NCBI GenBank assembly: GCA_963712745.1
Contig: CAVQJC010000005.1
Coordinates: 96,001-160,000 of the forward strand
Source of the DNA: an uncultured Chloroflexia bacterium
GTDB lineage: Bacteria; Chloroflexota; Limnocylindria; Limnocylindrales; CSP1-4
Reading direction: 5' to 3'
Length of the DNA stretch: 64,000 bases
Part shown: positions 9,085 to 18,681 of the stretch, piece by piece
Layout: each line of letters opens with the position of its first letter
Numbering within the stretch: position 1 is the stretch's first letter
Position numbers and translations under genes: made by a program
Notes under the pieces: model-generated
The model's input: only the letters and a program-made list of their open reading frames with translations
Told to the model about the DNA's origin: nothing
The model's database searches: none

Positions 9085-9903
9085 TCAGGCTTCGCGTTGG
9101 TGATCGAGAATCCAGCGCTGCACCCTGACGACCCCGAGGAGCCCGAGGATCCGATCGCCCAGGCTGGGCGACAAGGCGTTGAGGGCGAGGAGTGGCCGGA
9201 CTGGTCGCGGGCTGACGACTACCTCCTGGCGCTCTTCTTCGATGGCACGCACGACAGCGCGGGCGACGTCGGAGGCGGGACTGGCACCCATCAGGCGCGG
9301 CGCGGTCGCACCACGGTCCACGAAGATCCCTGCCTCGCTGACGTAGCCGGGCAGGACGATGCTGGTCTTGACACCCGTGCCCTCTAGCTCCACGTGGAGG
9401 CCTTCCATCCAGTTGACGAGCGCCGCCTTCGTCCCGGAGTAGGCGGCGTCATAGGGGATGCCCTTCTTGCCCTCGAGGGAGGCGACGGTGGCCAGATGTC
9501 CACGGCCCCGCTCGATCATGCCCGGGAGCAGTCGGCGGGCGAGAACCATCGGTGCAACGAGGTTGACATCGACCATCTCTCGGAGCTCGGTGTCATCGAA
9601 CTCCGTGAATGGGGCCAACCGTGCGACGGCGGCGTTGCTGACCAAGATGTCGATCGGCCCCAGCTCTGTCTCAGCGCGCGACACCAAGACGTCGAGTGAG
9701 TCCAGGTCACGCAAGTCGGCCGGAAGCGCCACCACGTTGGCCCCGCTGCCGGCGAGATTCGCGGCCATCCGCTCAAGCTGGTCCGCATGTCGGTCCGTGA
9801 GCGCCAGGTTGGCACCTCGGAATGTCATTGCTCGTGCGATGAACACACCGATGCCTCGTGAAGCACCGGTCAGCAGCGCGTTCGCGCCCCGCAACTCCCC
9901 CAT
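9085..9903 (-). CDS. SDR family oxidoreductase
   Basis: TGASRGIG, SNAA, YSGTK. Confidence 0.93.
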   Translation of the reverse strand: MGELRGANALLTGASRGIGVFIARAMTFRGANLALTDRHADQLERMAANLAGSGANVVALPADLRDLDSLDVLVSRAETELGPIDILVSNAAVARLAPFTEFDDTELREMVDVNLVAPMVLARRLLPGMIERGRGHLATVASLEGKKGIPYDAAYSGTKAALVNWMEGLHVELEGTGVKTSIVLPGYVSEAGIFVDRGATAPRLMGASPASDVARAVVRAIEEERQEVVVSPRPVRPLLALNALSPSLGDRILGLLGVVRVQRWILDHQREA

Positions 9904-10025
9904 CGTTCACCCTCCGTTCCGGCTCGGATCGTGGTGGGTGCCCCCACGCTGCAGCGCTACGATACTCCGTGGTGTCTGCGCGACACCCTTGCGGGCACCG
10001 ACATCGATGCAAGCAGGAGGCGGCG

Positions 10026-10853
10026 ATGGCGACGATCATGGTGAACGGAGCATCGCTCGAGTACGAGGAGCGAGGGACCGGATCGACACCGGTGCTCATG
10101 ACGCACGGGTTCCTGTTCGACCACCACGCCTTCGATGGGCTCGTGGCCGATCTCGAGGGCGACCACCGGTGCGTGACCTTCGACTGGCGCGGTCAGGGCG
10201 CGAGCGAGGTGACGAGCGACGGCTACAGCGTCGACACGCTGACCGACGATGCGGCCGCGCTCATCGAGCGCTTGGAGCTGGCGCCCTGCCACTACATCGG
10301 CACCTCGATGGGTGGCTGGGTCGGCTTGCGGCTCGCGCTGCGACGGCCCGAGCTGCTGCGCTCGCTCATCCTGCTCAACTCCTACTCTGAGGGAGAGGGC
10401 TGGGGCCGCGTCCCGGGCTATCTATTGATGGCTGCGATCGCACGCATCAGAGGCATGGCGCCGCTCGTGGATCCGGCGATGAAAGCCGTCTTCTCACAGG
10501 AGTTCATGTCCGGCGAGGAGCACGAGGTCGAGCGTGAGCGCTGGCGGGAGCATATCCGGGACATCGATCGCACCGGTGCCGACCGGACGCTCCACGGGAT
10601 CGTCCTTCGTGCCGGGAGCGTGACCAATCAACTGGCGGACGTCGGACTCCCCGTGCTCGCGATCGCAGGGGTCGAGGACAAGTCGTTCAGCCCGGACCAG
10701 GTCCAGGAGATGGCGCTGCGTATCCCCGATGGTGAGTACGCCCAGATTGCCGGTGCCGGCCACGCGGTCGCCATCGAACAACCGGAGGCGACCGTGCGAC
10801 TCATCCGTGGCTTCTTCGAGCGCGTGAACGTGGCGCGGACCGACGCAGCCTGA
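10026..10853 (+). CDS. Alpha/beta fold hydrolase
   Basis: RBS AGGAGG; HG, DWRGQG, GTSMGG, GAGH. Confidence 0.92.
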   Translation: MATIMVNGASLEYEERGTGSTPVLMTHGFLFDHHAFDGLVADLEGDHRCVTFDWRGQGASEVTSDGYSVDTLTDDAAALIERLELAPCHYIGTSMGGWVGLRLALRRPELLRSLILLNSYSEGEGWGRVPGYLLMAAIARIRGMAPLVDPAMKAVFSQEFMSGEEHEVERERWREHIRDIDRTGADRTLHGIVLRAGSVTNQLADVGLPVLAIAGVEDKSFSPDQVQEMALRIPDGEYAQIAGAGHAVAIEQPEATVRLIRGFFERVNVARTDAA

Positions 10854-10918
10854 CCTCGCGCTCGATTCGTTGCGGCGATTGTCACGTCGTCTGAACCGAT
10901 CTCATCCGCCAAGCGTCT

Positions 10919-11100
10919 GAACCGCACGATGATCGAGGCTTTCGCCGCTCGGTCCCTCGTGCTCAGCGGTTCGCTGCCTTCACCCGCTCGGGCCTCGCGG
11001 GCTCCCCAAGCATGTGCGCTCCCGCTGCGCTACACCCCGACGAGTTCGTGCGTGGATTGGGTAGACGGGGCAGCTCTCGGAGGGAGAGGGCCTACAGCGC
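10919..11100 (-). repeat. att-like element, copy R5 (tRNA-Pro half at 11001-11039, anticodon GGG)
   Basis: GAACCGCACGATGATC..GCTCCCCAAGCATGTGCGCTCCCGCTGCGCTACACCCCG..GGCCTACAGCGC. Confidence 0.9.
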
Positions 11101-11111
11101 TTCTGCCCGGG

Positions 11112-12458
11112 TCAGCCGAGGCGTATTACCGGTGGCACCACCCAGGTGCCGTCCAGCGCCGCCGGCTCCGGCCAGTACATGCGGCACGCCAGGTAGAAGG
11201 GCCCGTCAGGGGTCGGCAGCCAGTTGGCTCGCTCGACCGGGTCGGTGGGCGCTTGGCGCTGCATGGTGATCGTGAGCGCGCCCTCGGCGTCGCGAACGAG
11301 TCCCTCGGTGAGCGCGTTGATGAGATAGCGGTCGATCGGGTTCTCGACGAGGTATCCGGCAGTGCCGTCGTAGCTGGTGTCGTACATCGTCACCGACCAG
11401 AACGCCCGCACCGGCGGCTCGGTCTCGAGCCGCAGCTGGTACTTGCTGTTGCCGTCGAACGGGTTGCCGTCAGCATCGACCCGCGCCATGGGGTAGGAGG
11501 CCTCGATCCGGTCGTTGCCGCCCCAGCCCACCATCGACTCGGCGGCGCGGCGGAGGTAGTCGCCGGCATAGGCCTCGCGGTTGCCGAAGGCGTCCATCGA
11601 CATCCATCCGTTGATGGTGGCCCCGAGCTGGCTGGAGGCCTTGGAGAGCTCATCGCGAGCCTCGGCCACGCCGCTCGCGAGGGCACTTCGGATGTCATCC
11701 GGGAGTGCCTCGACGTCCGCAGGGAGGCCGGGGCCGATGCCGATCCGGGCGAAGCGGGCAAACATCTCCACCTCGTCGGGGTGGGGAGGCTGGCACAGGG
11801 GCAGCAGGGAGTTGAGGTAACGCACGAAGCGCTCATCGCGCGACGTCTCGTCGTCCCAGTGGGGCCAGTCGTAGGCTGGCAGATCAGGCGCCGGATTCCC
11901 GGTGAATACCGCGTAGGGCTCCAGACGATACTGCTTCATGATCCCCGCGAGCGCCGGGGCGTCTCCGGGGCCGAGCAGTTGGGAGCGGCCGATGAGGAAC
12001 ACCAAGTCGGTCTCGAACTGGTGGGAGCCGCTGAAGCCTTCGGGCACCTCACCCTGCCAACTCGGACCGGCGAGGAAGTAGGTGCCGGCCTCCACCCCCG
12101 TCGACCGGCTGCCGACGTAGAGGTCGTTCTGTCCATAGAGGTCCTCGAACTGCATCACGTAGTAGCGGTCGGTCACTGCGGGTACCGATAGCACCAGCGG
12201 GCCAGCGCGAAGATCGAGCAGGGAGAATGAATAGGGGGTATCCGCGTTCGGCGTGATGACATCGCGGAAGCGATGGTCGAGCGTCACAGCCTCACCGTAC
12301 GGCCCCGCGTTGGCCGGGCCGCGATACGCGGGCGAGGCCGACCGGAGGAATGTGGCATACCCATATCGGTACCCCATCATCATGGGGAAGGCGTAGATGT
12401 ACGCCTCCCTGGCGATGGCGGCCACTTCGGCGAGGGCCAGGGAAGGGTCGATGCGCAT
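11112..12458 (-). CDS. DUF1254/DUF1214 domain protein
   Basis: EAYIYAFP, TPNADTPYS, PPVRAFWSVTMY, NWLPTP, RMYWP. Confidence 0.9.
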   Translation of the reverse strand: MRIDPSLALAEVAAIAREAYIYAFPMMMGYRYGYATFLRSASPAYRGPANAGPYGEAVTLDHRFRDVITPNADTPYSFSLLDLRAGPLVLSVPAVTDRYYVMQFEDLYGQNDLYVGSRSTGVEAGTYFLAGPSWQGEVPEGFSGSHQFETDLVFLIGRSQLLGPGDAPALAGIMKQYRLEPYAVFTGNPAPDLPAYDWPHWDDETSRDERFVRYLNSLLPLCQPPHPDEVEMFARFARIGIGPGLPADVEALPDDIRSALASGVAEARDELSKASSQLGATINGWMSMDAFGNREAYAGDYLRRAAESMVGWGGNDRIEASYPMARVDADGNPFDGNSKYQLRLETEPPVRAFWSVTMYDTSYDGTAGYLVENPIDRYLINALTEGLVRDAEGALTITMQRQAPTDPVERANWLPTPDGPFYLACRMYWPEPAALDGTWVVPPVIRLG

Positions 12459-12678
12459 GGGTGGCTCCTAGGTTGGTCGGGTGACCCCCTCGTCGGCGGG
12501 TCCCGCTGTTCGTCTCGACGTTGTCACTCATGCTAACCGGGGTCGACCGGATCACTGGTGTGCGCCGACCGTGAAGTCCGTCCGGTCGGCACTGCCGCTG
12601 TGGACCAGCCGCGCAGGGTGTGCATTCGCAAGGCCTGGAACTGGCATCGACTGCGCTGCAAGCTCCCGTCCGCCAGAC

Positions 12679-12884
12679 ACGCTCTCGAACCGCACGATGG
12701 TCGAGGCCGTCGCCGCTCGGCCGGTCGTGCTCAGAGCCCCGGAGCCGTCGCCGCTCGAGCCTGAAAGGCTCCCAAAGCATGAGCGCTACCGCTGCGCGAC
12801 GCCCCGACGAGGTCATGCGTGACCGGGGCACACGGCACGCTTCGATAGCGACGCGGAAGGGGCCGACCGCGCTCGAATGGCATG
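12679..12884 (-). repeat. att-like element, copy R6 (tRNA-Pro(TGG) half at 12768-12806)
   Basis: ACGCTCTCGAACCGCACGATGGTC..GAGCCTGAAAGGCTCCCAAAGCATGAGCGCTACCGCTGCGCGACGCCCCG. Confidence 0.9.
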
Positions 12885-12983
12885 TTCACGGGCGATGGCT
12901 TCCGCGGAGCGACCAGCTGCGCAAACCGCAGGTGGCAGGAGTGTCGCCTGCCCCTGGGCAAGAAGCGTGGAGACCGAGACCTT

Positions 12984-13461
12984 GGCCATGGCGTCACCCA
13001 CCCGCCGGCGCGGACGCAGACCATGGAGATCGGTCACCGAAAGCGCATGGTGCGGGCCGCCGTCGGTAGTTATCAGCCTGGCTTGGCCCAGGCCTCCTCA
13101 GCCTCGGTCTCCATCTTCTTGAGGCGCGTGTAGTAGTCCGGGAATTCCTTGAGATGTGCGAGCGCGATCTTGCCCGTCACGATCGGATCGCTGCCGCTCA
13201 CGTTGGTCTGCGAGTCGTGCGTTCCGTGCTCCAGTTCGACATCGAGGCCCTCTCGGAACTGATCCACGTCGAATGGGCTGGTGTCCCAGTCGATACCGAT
13301 CTCAGTCCCGATCCGACGGGCTTCTTCGGCGGTGAAGTGTTCGTCCGTTGTCATCGATCCTCCTCAAGAGCCAGCAGGACGCGTGACTCACTCGAGCAGC
13401 GTACTACCCGGGTATCCGTGCTCGGGCCGACGGGGGTGCGAGTCCCCCTGGATGAGGGTCG
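12984..13461. repeat. ~478-bp near-exact duplication, copy A (partner 25146-25623)
   Basis: Direct comparison; about 2 mismatches seen. Confidence 0.92.
13073..13354 (-). CDS. DUF5661-like small protein
   Basis: GLDVELEHG..KIALAHLKEFPDYYTRL; RBS GAGGAGG. Confidence 0.85.
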   Translation of the reverse strand: MTTDEHFTAEEARRIGTEIGIDWDTSPFDVDQFREGLDVELEHGTHDSQTNVSGSDPIVTGKIALAHLKEFPDYYTRLKKMETEAEEAWAKPG

Positions 13462-13560
13462 AGCGACTGGCAGGCCCGTTCGCCCCGGCAACGACGGACC
13501 AGCGTGAAGCCGGTGCTGGCCATCGCTAGGGTATGGGACTGTCTGCCTCGAGTCGCAGCC

Positions 13561-14070
13561 ATGCCTGAGGAGCACCTGTGCCCAGCACAAGAGCCAGTCG
13601 TGGACCGATCCGTCCTGCCGTTTCCCAGATCCCGGTCAGGCAGCGTGGCCGGCCGCACGATGCAGGAGTCCATCTACGACCCGACTCCGCCGCCACAGCG
13701 GCTGCCGGCCGATGCGCCGAACATCCTGATCATCCTGATCGATGATGCCGGGCCTGCGTTGCCGGCAGCCTTGGGAGGTGCTGTCCACACCCCGACGTTG
13801 GAACCGATCCTCTCCGAGGGCATCGGCTACAACCGCTTCCACACGACGGCGATGTGCTCGCCCACCAGGGCCTCACTGCTGACGGGCCGCAATCACCATC
13901 GGGTCGGCAGTGGCGTGATTACCGAGTTTGCCAATGGCTGGGATGGGTACTTGGGCGTCATCCCCCGCAGCAGCGCCCTCCAGGCCGAGGTACTGCGACA
14001 GTACGGCTATGCCACCGCCGCGTTCGGCAAGTGGCACAACACCCCCGGGCAGGAGACGTCGGCGGCCGGG
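13561..14070 (+). pseudogene. Arylsulfatase N-terminal fragment
   Basis: PNILIILIDD, CSPTRASLLTGR, FGKWH; similarity ends abruptly at repeat R7. Confidence 0.88.
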
Positions 14071-14190
14071 TTCACCGCGCCACGCTCCGAAGGCCGGGGC
14101 CATCGCCGCAAACCCCTCGTGGGCTCCCGAAGCATGAGCGCTACCGCTGCGCTACACCCCGACGGAGTTCGTTCGTGCGAACCGTACAAT
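14071..14190 (-). repeat. att-like element, copy R7 (tRNA-Pro half at 14123-14161, anticodon CGG; internally deleted)
   Basis: GCTCCCGAAGCATGAGCGCTACCGCTGCGCTACACCCCG, followed by CGAACCGTACAAT. Confidence 0.88.
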
Positions 14191-14267
14191 GGTGGTTCGC
14201 ATGACGAACCTGGACTAGCGCACACCGCTGACTGGCGGCACCCGAAGAGGGGTCGGGTTGAGGTGGC

Positions 14268-14618
14268 ATGCACGAGCTTCCCGTCACCACGAGCATCCTC
14301 GAGATCGTCCTTCGCCATGCCGCGGTGAACGAGGTGGAGCGGGTTTCCACCATCGACTTGAGCATCGGGGCCCTGAGCGATCTGGAGCCCGAGTGGCTCC
14401 AGTCCTACTTCGACCACATCAGCAGGGGGACCCCAGCTCAAGGGGCCCGACTTCGGGTTCGCCGTTCCCCCCTCACCTTCCGGTGCGGGTTCTGCACCGC
14501 GGAGTTCGATGCGGCCCGGGAGAGCCTGGACCGGATCGTCTGCCCCGACTGCGGCTCCGGAGACGCGTCAGTCGTCTCGGGGACCGGCTACACGGTGGAA
14601 GCCATGGAGGCCGAGTGA
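14268..14618 (+). CDS. hypA: Hydrogenase maturation nickel metallochaperone HypA
   Basis: N-terminal MHE, two CxxC motifs. Confidence 0.93.
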   Translation: MHELPVTTSILEIVLRHAAVNEVERVSTIDLSIGALSDLEPEWLQSYFDHISRGTPAQGARLRVRRSPLTFRCGFCTAEFDAARESLDRIVCPDCGSGDASVVSGTGYTVEAMEAE

Positions 14619-15283
14619 TGAGCGATCTCACCCTCATAGACATCAAAGAGGAGATCCTCTCGGAGAACCGAGAGCTGGCGAAGCAGCTCCGGTCCGAGCT
14701 CGAGTCCCGGAACGTCTTCCTCGTCAACTTCATGTCTTCGCCGGGATCAGGAAAGACGAGCCTCATCCTCCGGACGCTTTCGAACTTGAGGGCGGCCTAC
14801 AGGATGGCCGTCATCGAAGGTGACGTGGATTCGGCTGTGGACGCAGAACGGATGACGAAGGCGGGATTCCCGGCGGTCCAGCTCAAGACAGGCGGCTCCT
14901 GTCACCTCACCGCTGCCATGGTGGAAAAGAGCCTCCAGGCGCTGCCCCTGGAATCACTGGACCTGCTGTTCCTGGAGAACATCGGGAACCTCATCTGCCC
15001 CGTCGACTCGGACACAGGCGCCAACCTGAACGTGGCCCTCACCAGCGTCCCCGAGGGGGACGACAAACCCCTGAAGTACCCGAAGATCTTCCAGACCTCC
15101 GACGCCTTCCTGGTGAACAAGACGGACGTGGCGGACCATTTCGATTTCGATTTGGCCGAGTTCCGGCGGCGGGTCAGGACGCTGAACCGGGAAGCGCCGG
15201 TCTTCGAGGTCTCCTGCAAGACCGGTCAGGGGATCGAGGAGTGGTGCGCGTGGCTACGGGGGAGGATCGAGGGTTCTGGCTGA
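14618..15283 (+). CDS. hypB: Nickel incorporation GTPase HypB
   Basis: SSPGSGKT, IEGD, CHL, ENIGNLICP, EGDDKPLKYP, NKTD. Confidence 0.94.
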   Translation: MSDLTLIDIKEEILSENRELAKQLRSELESRNVFLVNFMSSPGSGKTSLILRTLSNLRAAYRMAVIEGDVDSAVDAERMTKAGFPAVQLKTGGSCHLTAAMVEKSLQALPLESLDLLFLENIGNLICPVDSDTGANLNVALTSVPEGDDKPLKYPKIFQTSDAFLVNKTDVADHFDFDLAEFRRRVRTLNREAPVFEVSCKTGQGIEEWCAWLRGRIEGSG

Positions 15284-15365
15284 GGCCATGACGAGGGCGG
15301 TGGCTGGCGGGCCTCACCCAGAGGCCGCCGCCAGAAGCCCCTGTCATTTGTCGGGACCGCCTACC

Positions 15366-16493
15366 TCAGGTCCTCATGCCCAGGGCCTTCTTCCCCACGA
15401 ACTTCATCGTCCCCAACACACCGTATCGCTCCAGCATGATCTTCTTGTAGAGGTCAGCCGTGCTCTTCGGGGGCGTCGTCGTCGCCTCCTTCTCCACCAG
15501 GTGGATGGCTTCCTCGGGGCAGGTCGACACGCAGAGGCCGCACCCGATACAGAAGAGCCGGTCCACCGAGGCGACGCCGTCGGCGTAGCTGATGGCCCCC
15601 ATGGCGCAGCGGTCCCCACAAGTCTCACACGCGATACAGAGCTCCTCGTCCACCCCGGCGAAGTAGTTGGTGTCGAAGTACTCGGCGGGCCGGGGGAGCT
15701 TCTTGGCCGTGGAGAGGACCCCGCAGCAGCAGCCGCAGCAGCAACAGATGAAGTCGGGGTCCTGGGTGTTCATGGGCTGAAGGACCATGCCGACCTCGTC
15801 GGCTCGGTCCAGGAGCCCGAGCATCTCTTCCGATGACAGCTCCCTGGCATTTCCCGACTCGATGGCGGCCTTGGCGAAGTCCTTCAGGAGCAGGCAGGTC
15901 TCCCGGATCTCCGTCTGGCGGCACGGTTCATCCTGAAGGTCCATGCCCTGGCGGCAGACGCAGTTGATCACGCCGAACGGTCCCTCCGAGCGCATCACCA
16001 GAGAACGGGCGTTGTCGTAGGTGCCGATCCGGCGCTCAGGCGTCACCTCCTCGCTGATGGGAATCGTCCGCATCTGCGAGGTCTTCCTGGTGTGGAAGGC
16101 CTTGCCGAATCCCTCATCCATGTACTGGAGGAAGTCGGAGTGCAGCTCCTTGGTGAGCCGGTTGACCTGGAACTCGAAGATGCCGAGGGCCAGCATGGCC
16201 TTCGAGTAGTGGGGCTTCCCGTCGATCTTGGTGCCCGCGATCGCACCCTTGGCAGCAAGACGTTGCAGGGCGTCCCGCAGCTGGGCGAACTCCACCCCCG
16301 TCTTCTTCGCCCGGGCGTGGATCTTATCGATGGACTCCGGGAGGGCGCCCAGGTGCAGAGCCATCTCGGCCTCTTCAGGGGTGAACAGGTGCTCCAATAG
16401 CCTGAGCTCGACACCCGAGTCCGTGGCGGGAAACCCGACCGGCATCTGGTCGAGGTGCTGTTGGAGCCGACGGTAAACGTTCTCGGTGGCCAT
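15366..16493 (-). CDS. 4Fe-4S dicluster domain protein with N-terminal winged-helix-like region
   Basis: CVCR, ICCCCGCCC, CIACETCGDRC, CIGCGLCVSTCP. Confidence 0.88.
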   Translation of the reverse strand: MATENVYRRLQQHLDQMPVGFPATDSGVELRLLEHLFTPEEAEMALHLGALPESIDKIHARAKKTGVEFAQLRDALQRLAAKGAIAGTKIDGKPHYSKAMLALGIFEFQVNRLTKELHSDFLQYMDEGFGKAFHTRKTSQMRTIPISEEVTPERRIGTYDNARSLVMRSEGPFGVINCVCRQGMDLQDEPCRQTEIRETCLLLKDFAKAAIESGNARELSSEEMLGLLDRADEVGMVLQPMNTQDPDFICCCCGCCCGVLSTAKKLPRPAEYFDTNYFAGVDEELCIACETCGDRCAMGAISYADGVASVDRLFCIGCGLCVSTCPEEAIHLVEKEATTTPPKSTADLYKKIMLERYGVLGTMKFVGKKALGMRT

Positions 16494-16511
16494 TGTGGGC
16501 CTCCCGTTGGC

Positions 16512-16584
16512 GCGGGCCGGGTTCGCCAGTGGCTCGGCGCGGCCCAGGCGGCCATGGTGTGGGCCGCGTCTCACAGCCTCCCGC
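16512..16584 (-). ncRNA. c-di-GMP-II-like riboswitch, variant (copy 3, diverged)
   Basis: GCGGGAGGCTGTGAGA-CGCGGCCC..ATGGCCGCCT-GGGCCGCG-CCGAGCCACTGGCGAACCCGGCCCGC; stems preserved; upstream of an unrelated gene. Confidence 0.62.
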
Positions 16585-16750
16585 TGCTCACGATTCTCTC
16601 GCGGCTGCCAAGCCGGGGTGCGATCGGGACTGATCGACTGGGTCGTGAGAGCGCCGGGCGGACGTCACACCTTGCGCCTACGATGCTCACGACGAACGGA
16701 GAGCGCTGCGTCTGCTGTGCCCGATCGGGACAACGAACGAGACGTGACGT

Positions 16751-17329
16751 TCAATCGTCGCGGGTGAGCTCGGAGCGAGCGTCACGGGGGTAGACCAAGA
16801 GCAGTCGCGCCGGCTCGTCGCCGATCGACTCCGCATCATGCGGCAGCGTCCCATCGAGGAGGACGTAGTCGCCGGCCCCGGCTTCCACGAAAGCGTCGCC
16901 CTGCGTGAAGCGCACCTTGCCCGCGAGGACCACGTGGTGCTCGTCACCAGCATGGGCATGGAAGCCGGTTCGCCGGCCGACCGGCATCTCGCCCTCGAAG
17001 ATGGCGATCTCACGCGCCAGGCCACCGTCAACCTGCGTCATCACCCCCAGTCCATCGAGCAGTTCGCGTCGAGGTCGCTCGGACGCACGCACCAGGCGCG
17101 GTCGCGCGGTCGCGTCGAGCAGGAACCACGCGATCGGGACATCGAGCGCGTCGGCCAGCGCCGCGAGCGTCTCGAGTGACGGCGACGCCTTGTCGTTCTC
17201 GACCTGGCTCAGGTAACCCACGTTCAAACCGGTCAGCTCGCCAACCTGCTTGAGCGTCAGCGCTCTCTCACGACGTCTGCGCCTGATCTGTGCGCCGACT
17301 CGTGGGCGGCGCCGAAAGCTGTCGGTCAT
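16751..17329 (-). CDS. XRE-family transcriptional regulator with cupin domain
   Basis: LTLKQVG..YLSQVENDKASPSL; HAHAGDE; GD..LPH. Confidence 0.9.
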   Translation of the reverse strand: MTDSFRRRPRVGAQIRRRRRERALTLKQVGELTGLNVGYLSQVENDKASPSLETLAALADALDVPIAWFLLDATARPRLVRASERPRRELLDGLGVMTQVDGGLAREIAIFEGEMPVGRRTGFHAHAGDEHHVVLAGKVRFTQGDAFVEAGAGDYVLLDGTLPHDAESIGDEPARLLLVYPRDARSELTRDD

Positions 17330-17461
17330 GCCTGGAGTATGCCACCACCAATTGTTGTTTGACAAGAACGAACTTGCCCTTCATGATATGGCTCACAGAC
17401 AACAGAAGTGGTGCCGAACAATCTGCGATACAGCAGGTCGGCGCCGCGAAGACGAGGCCAG

Positions 17462-17835
17462 ACGGCATGCGCGCGGCATTCCTGCGCAGCCCTGCTCGAG
17501 CCAACCACCACGATCTCGGCCTCTTCGAGGTCGGATCGTCCGCTCCGCGACCGCCTCGCGGCTCGGTCGGCCTCTACCACCTCGCCTGGGAGGTCGAGTC
17601 CATCGAGGATCTAGTCGGAATGGCGGGCAAGCTCAAGGAGCTCGGCGCACTCACCGGGACCTCCGACCACGCCGTCAGCAAGTCGCTGTACGGCCGCGAT
17701 CCCGACGGCCACGAGTTCGAGGTCATGTGGGCGGTGCCGAGCGACGCGTGGGGTGAGGACGCGGATCGAGCCGTCATCATGCCGCTCGATCTCGATGCCG
17801 AGCTGCGGCGGTGGGGCTCCGGCGCCGCGCAGTGA
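17462..17835 (+). pseudogene. VOC/glyoxalase family protein, apparently lacking its N-terminus
   Basis: AFLR..NHHDLGLF..GLYHLAWEV..SLYGRDPDGHEFE; the first metal-binding strand (H-x-x-L-x-V-x-D) is not seen. Confidence 0.7.
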
Positions 17836-17929
17836 GGCGGACGAGCGCGATCAGATACACCTCCTCGACGTTGACCCGACGGGGATCGCGTCGACTGGAG
17901 GCCTGCTTGCGTTGCTCCTGGCGTACGCC

Positions 17930-17953
17930 ACGCTCCTGAACCGCACGACGATC
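17930..17953 (-). repeat. att-like element remnant R8 (terminal motif only)
   Basis: ACGCTCCTGAACCGCACGACGATC. Confidence 0.7.
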
Positions 17954-17961
17954 CTGTCCCC

Positions 17962-18270
17962 TCAGCAGCCGAGGGCGTGGCCGACCGCCGAGCAGACACG
18001 CCTCATGGTCGCTTCGCTGACGGAGCCGGCGTACGTCGTGAGCGACGTCTTGGTGATCGTGTGAAGGCCGTCGCAGTTGATGACTGACGGTCGGTCGAGG
18101 CCAGCTTCCTGGTGATCGAACTCGACCTCTGCGGCGATGCCGCGGATAGTGGTGGTGACCTCAGCGACGGTCACGAGCGCGCGCACATCGATGACCTCGG
18201 GCCGGGTCAAGACCAGCACGGGCCGCCGCTTGCGGCCGACTTCCGCGAACCAGATCTGGCCCCGGGTCAC
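17962..18270 (-). CDS. mazF: PemK/MazF family toxin
   Basis: RGQIW..KRRPVLVL..VAEVTTTIRG..SVINCD. Confidence 0.9.
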   Translation of the reverse strand: MTRGQIWFAEVGRKRRPVLVLTRPEVIDVRALVTVAEVTTTIRGIAAEVEFDHQEAGLDRPSVINCDGLHTITKTSLTTYAGSVSEATMRRVCSAVGHALGC

Positions 18271-18482
18271 TCCTCTGTCCAGGCCTCTATGTCGGACCAG
18301 AACGGATCGGGTCGCTCGGGACGGCGGCGATAGGCGTCTCGGTCGGCTCGCGCCATCGCAGCTCGTACCGCCGCCTCCACGCCCTCGCGAGCGGCCGAGG
18401 AGACGTTGATACCGAGACGACGGGCCCGATCGGCCAGGGCCCGGTCGAGGGTGAACGTGCTTCGAGTGGACGCCATCGCCAT
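18267..18482 (-). CDS. CcdA-like antitoxin
   Basis: TFTLDRALADRARRLGINVSSAARE; GTGA overlap with the toxin. Confidence 0.85.
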   Translation of the reverse strand: MAMASTRSTFTLDRALADRARRLGINVSSAAREGVEAAVRAAMARADRDAYRRRPERPDPFWSDIEAWTEE

Positions 18483-18681
18483 ATGCTAGCACTTCATGAC
18501 AGCATCGCAAGCACGGCGAGGTAGAACTTCAACACATGAGCCTCCGCGAGCCACAGCGCTCGGACCGCTCGGATGCGCCACCAGCGCTGCGCCCCGTCAC
18601 GTCCACGACGCTTGGACCGCCCCTTCGCGCCCAGTCGCGTAGGATGTCGCGTCCGGGGGCGCTCATCGCGGGAGACTCTTG

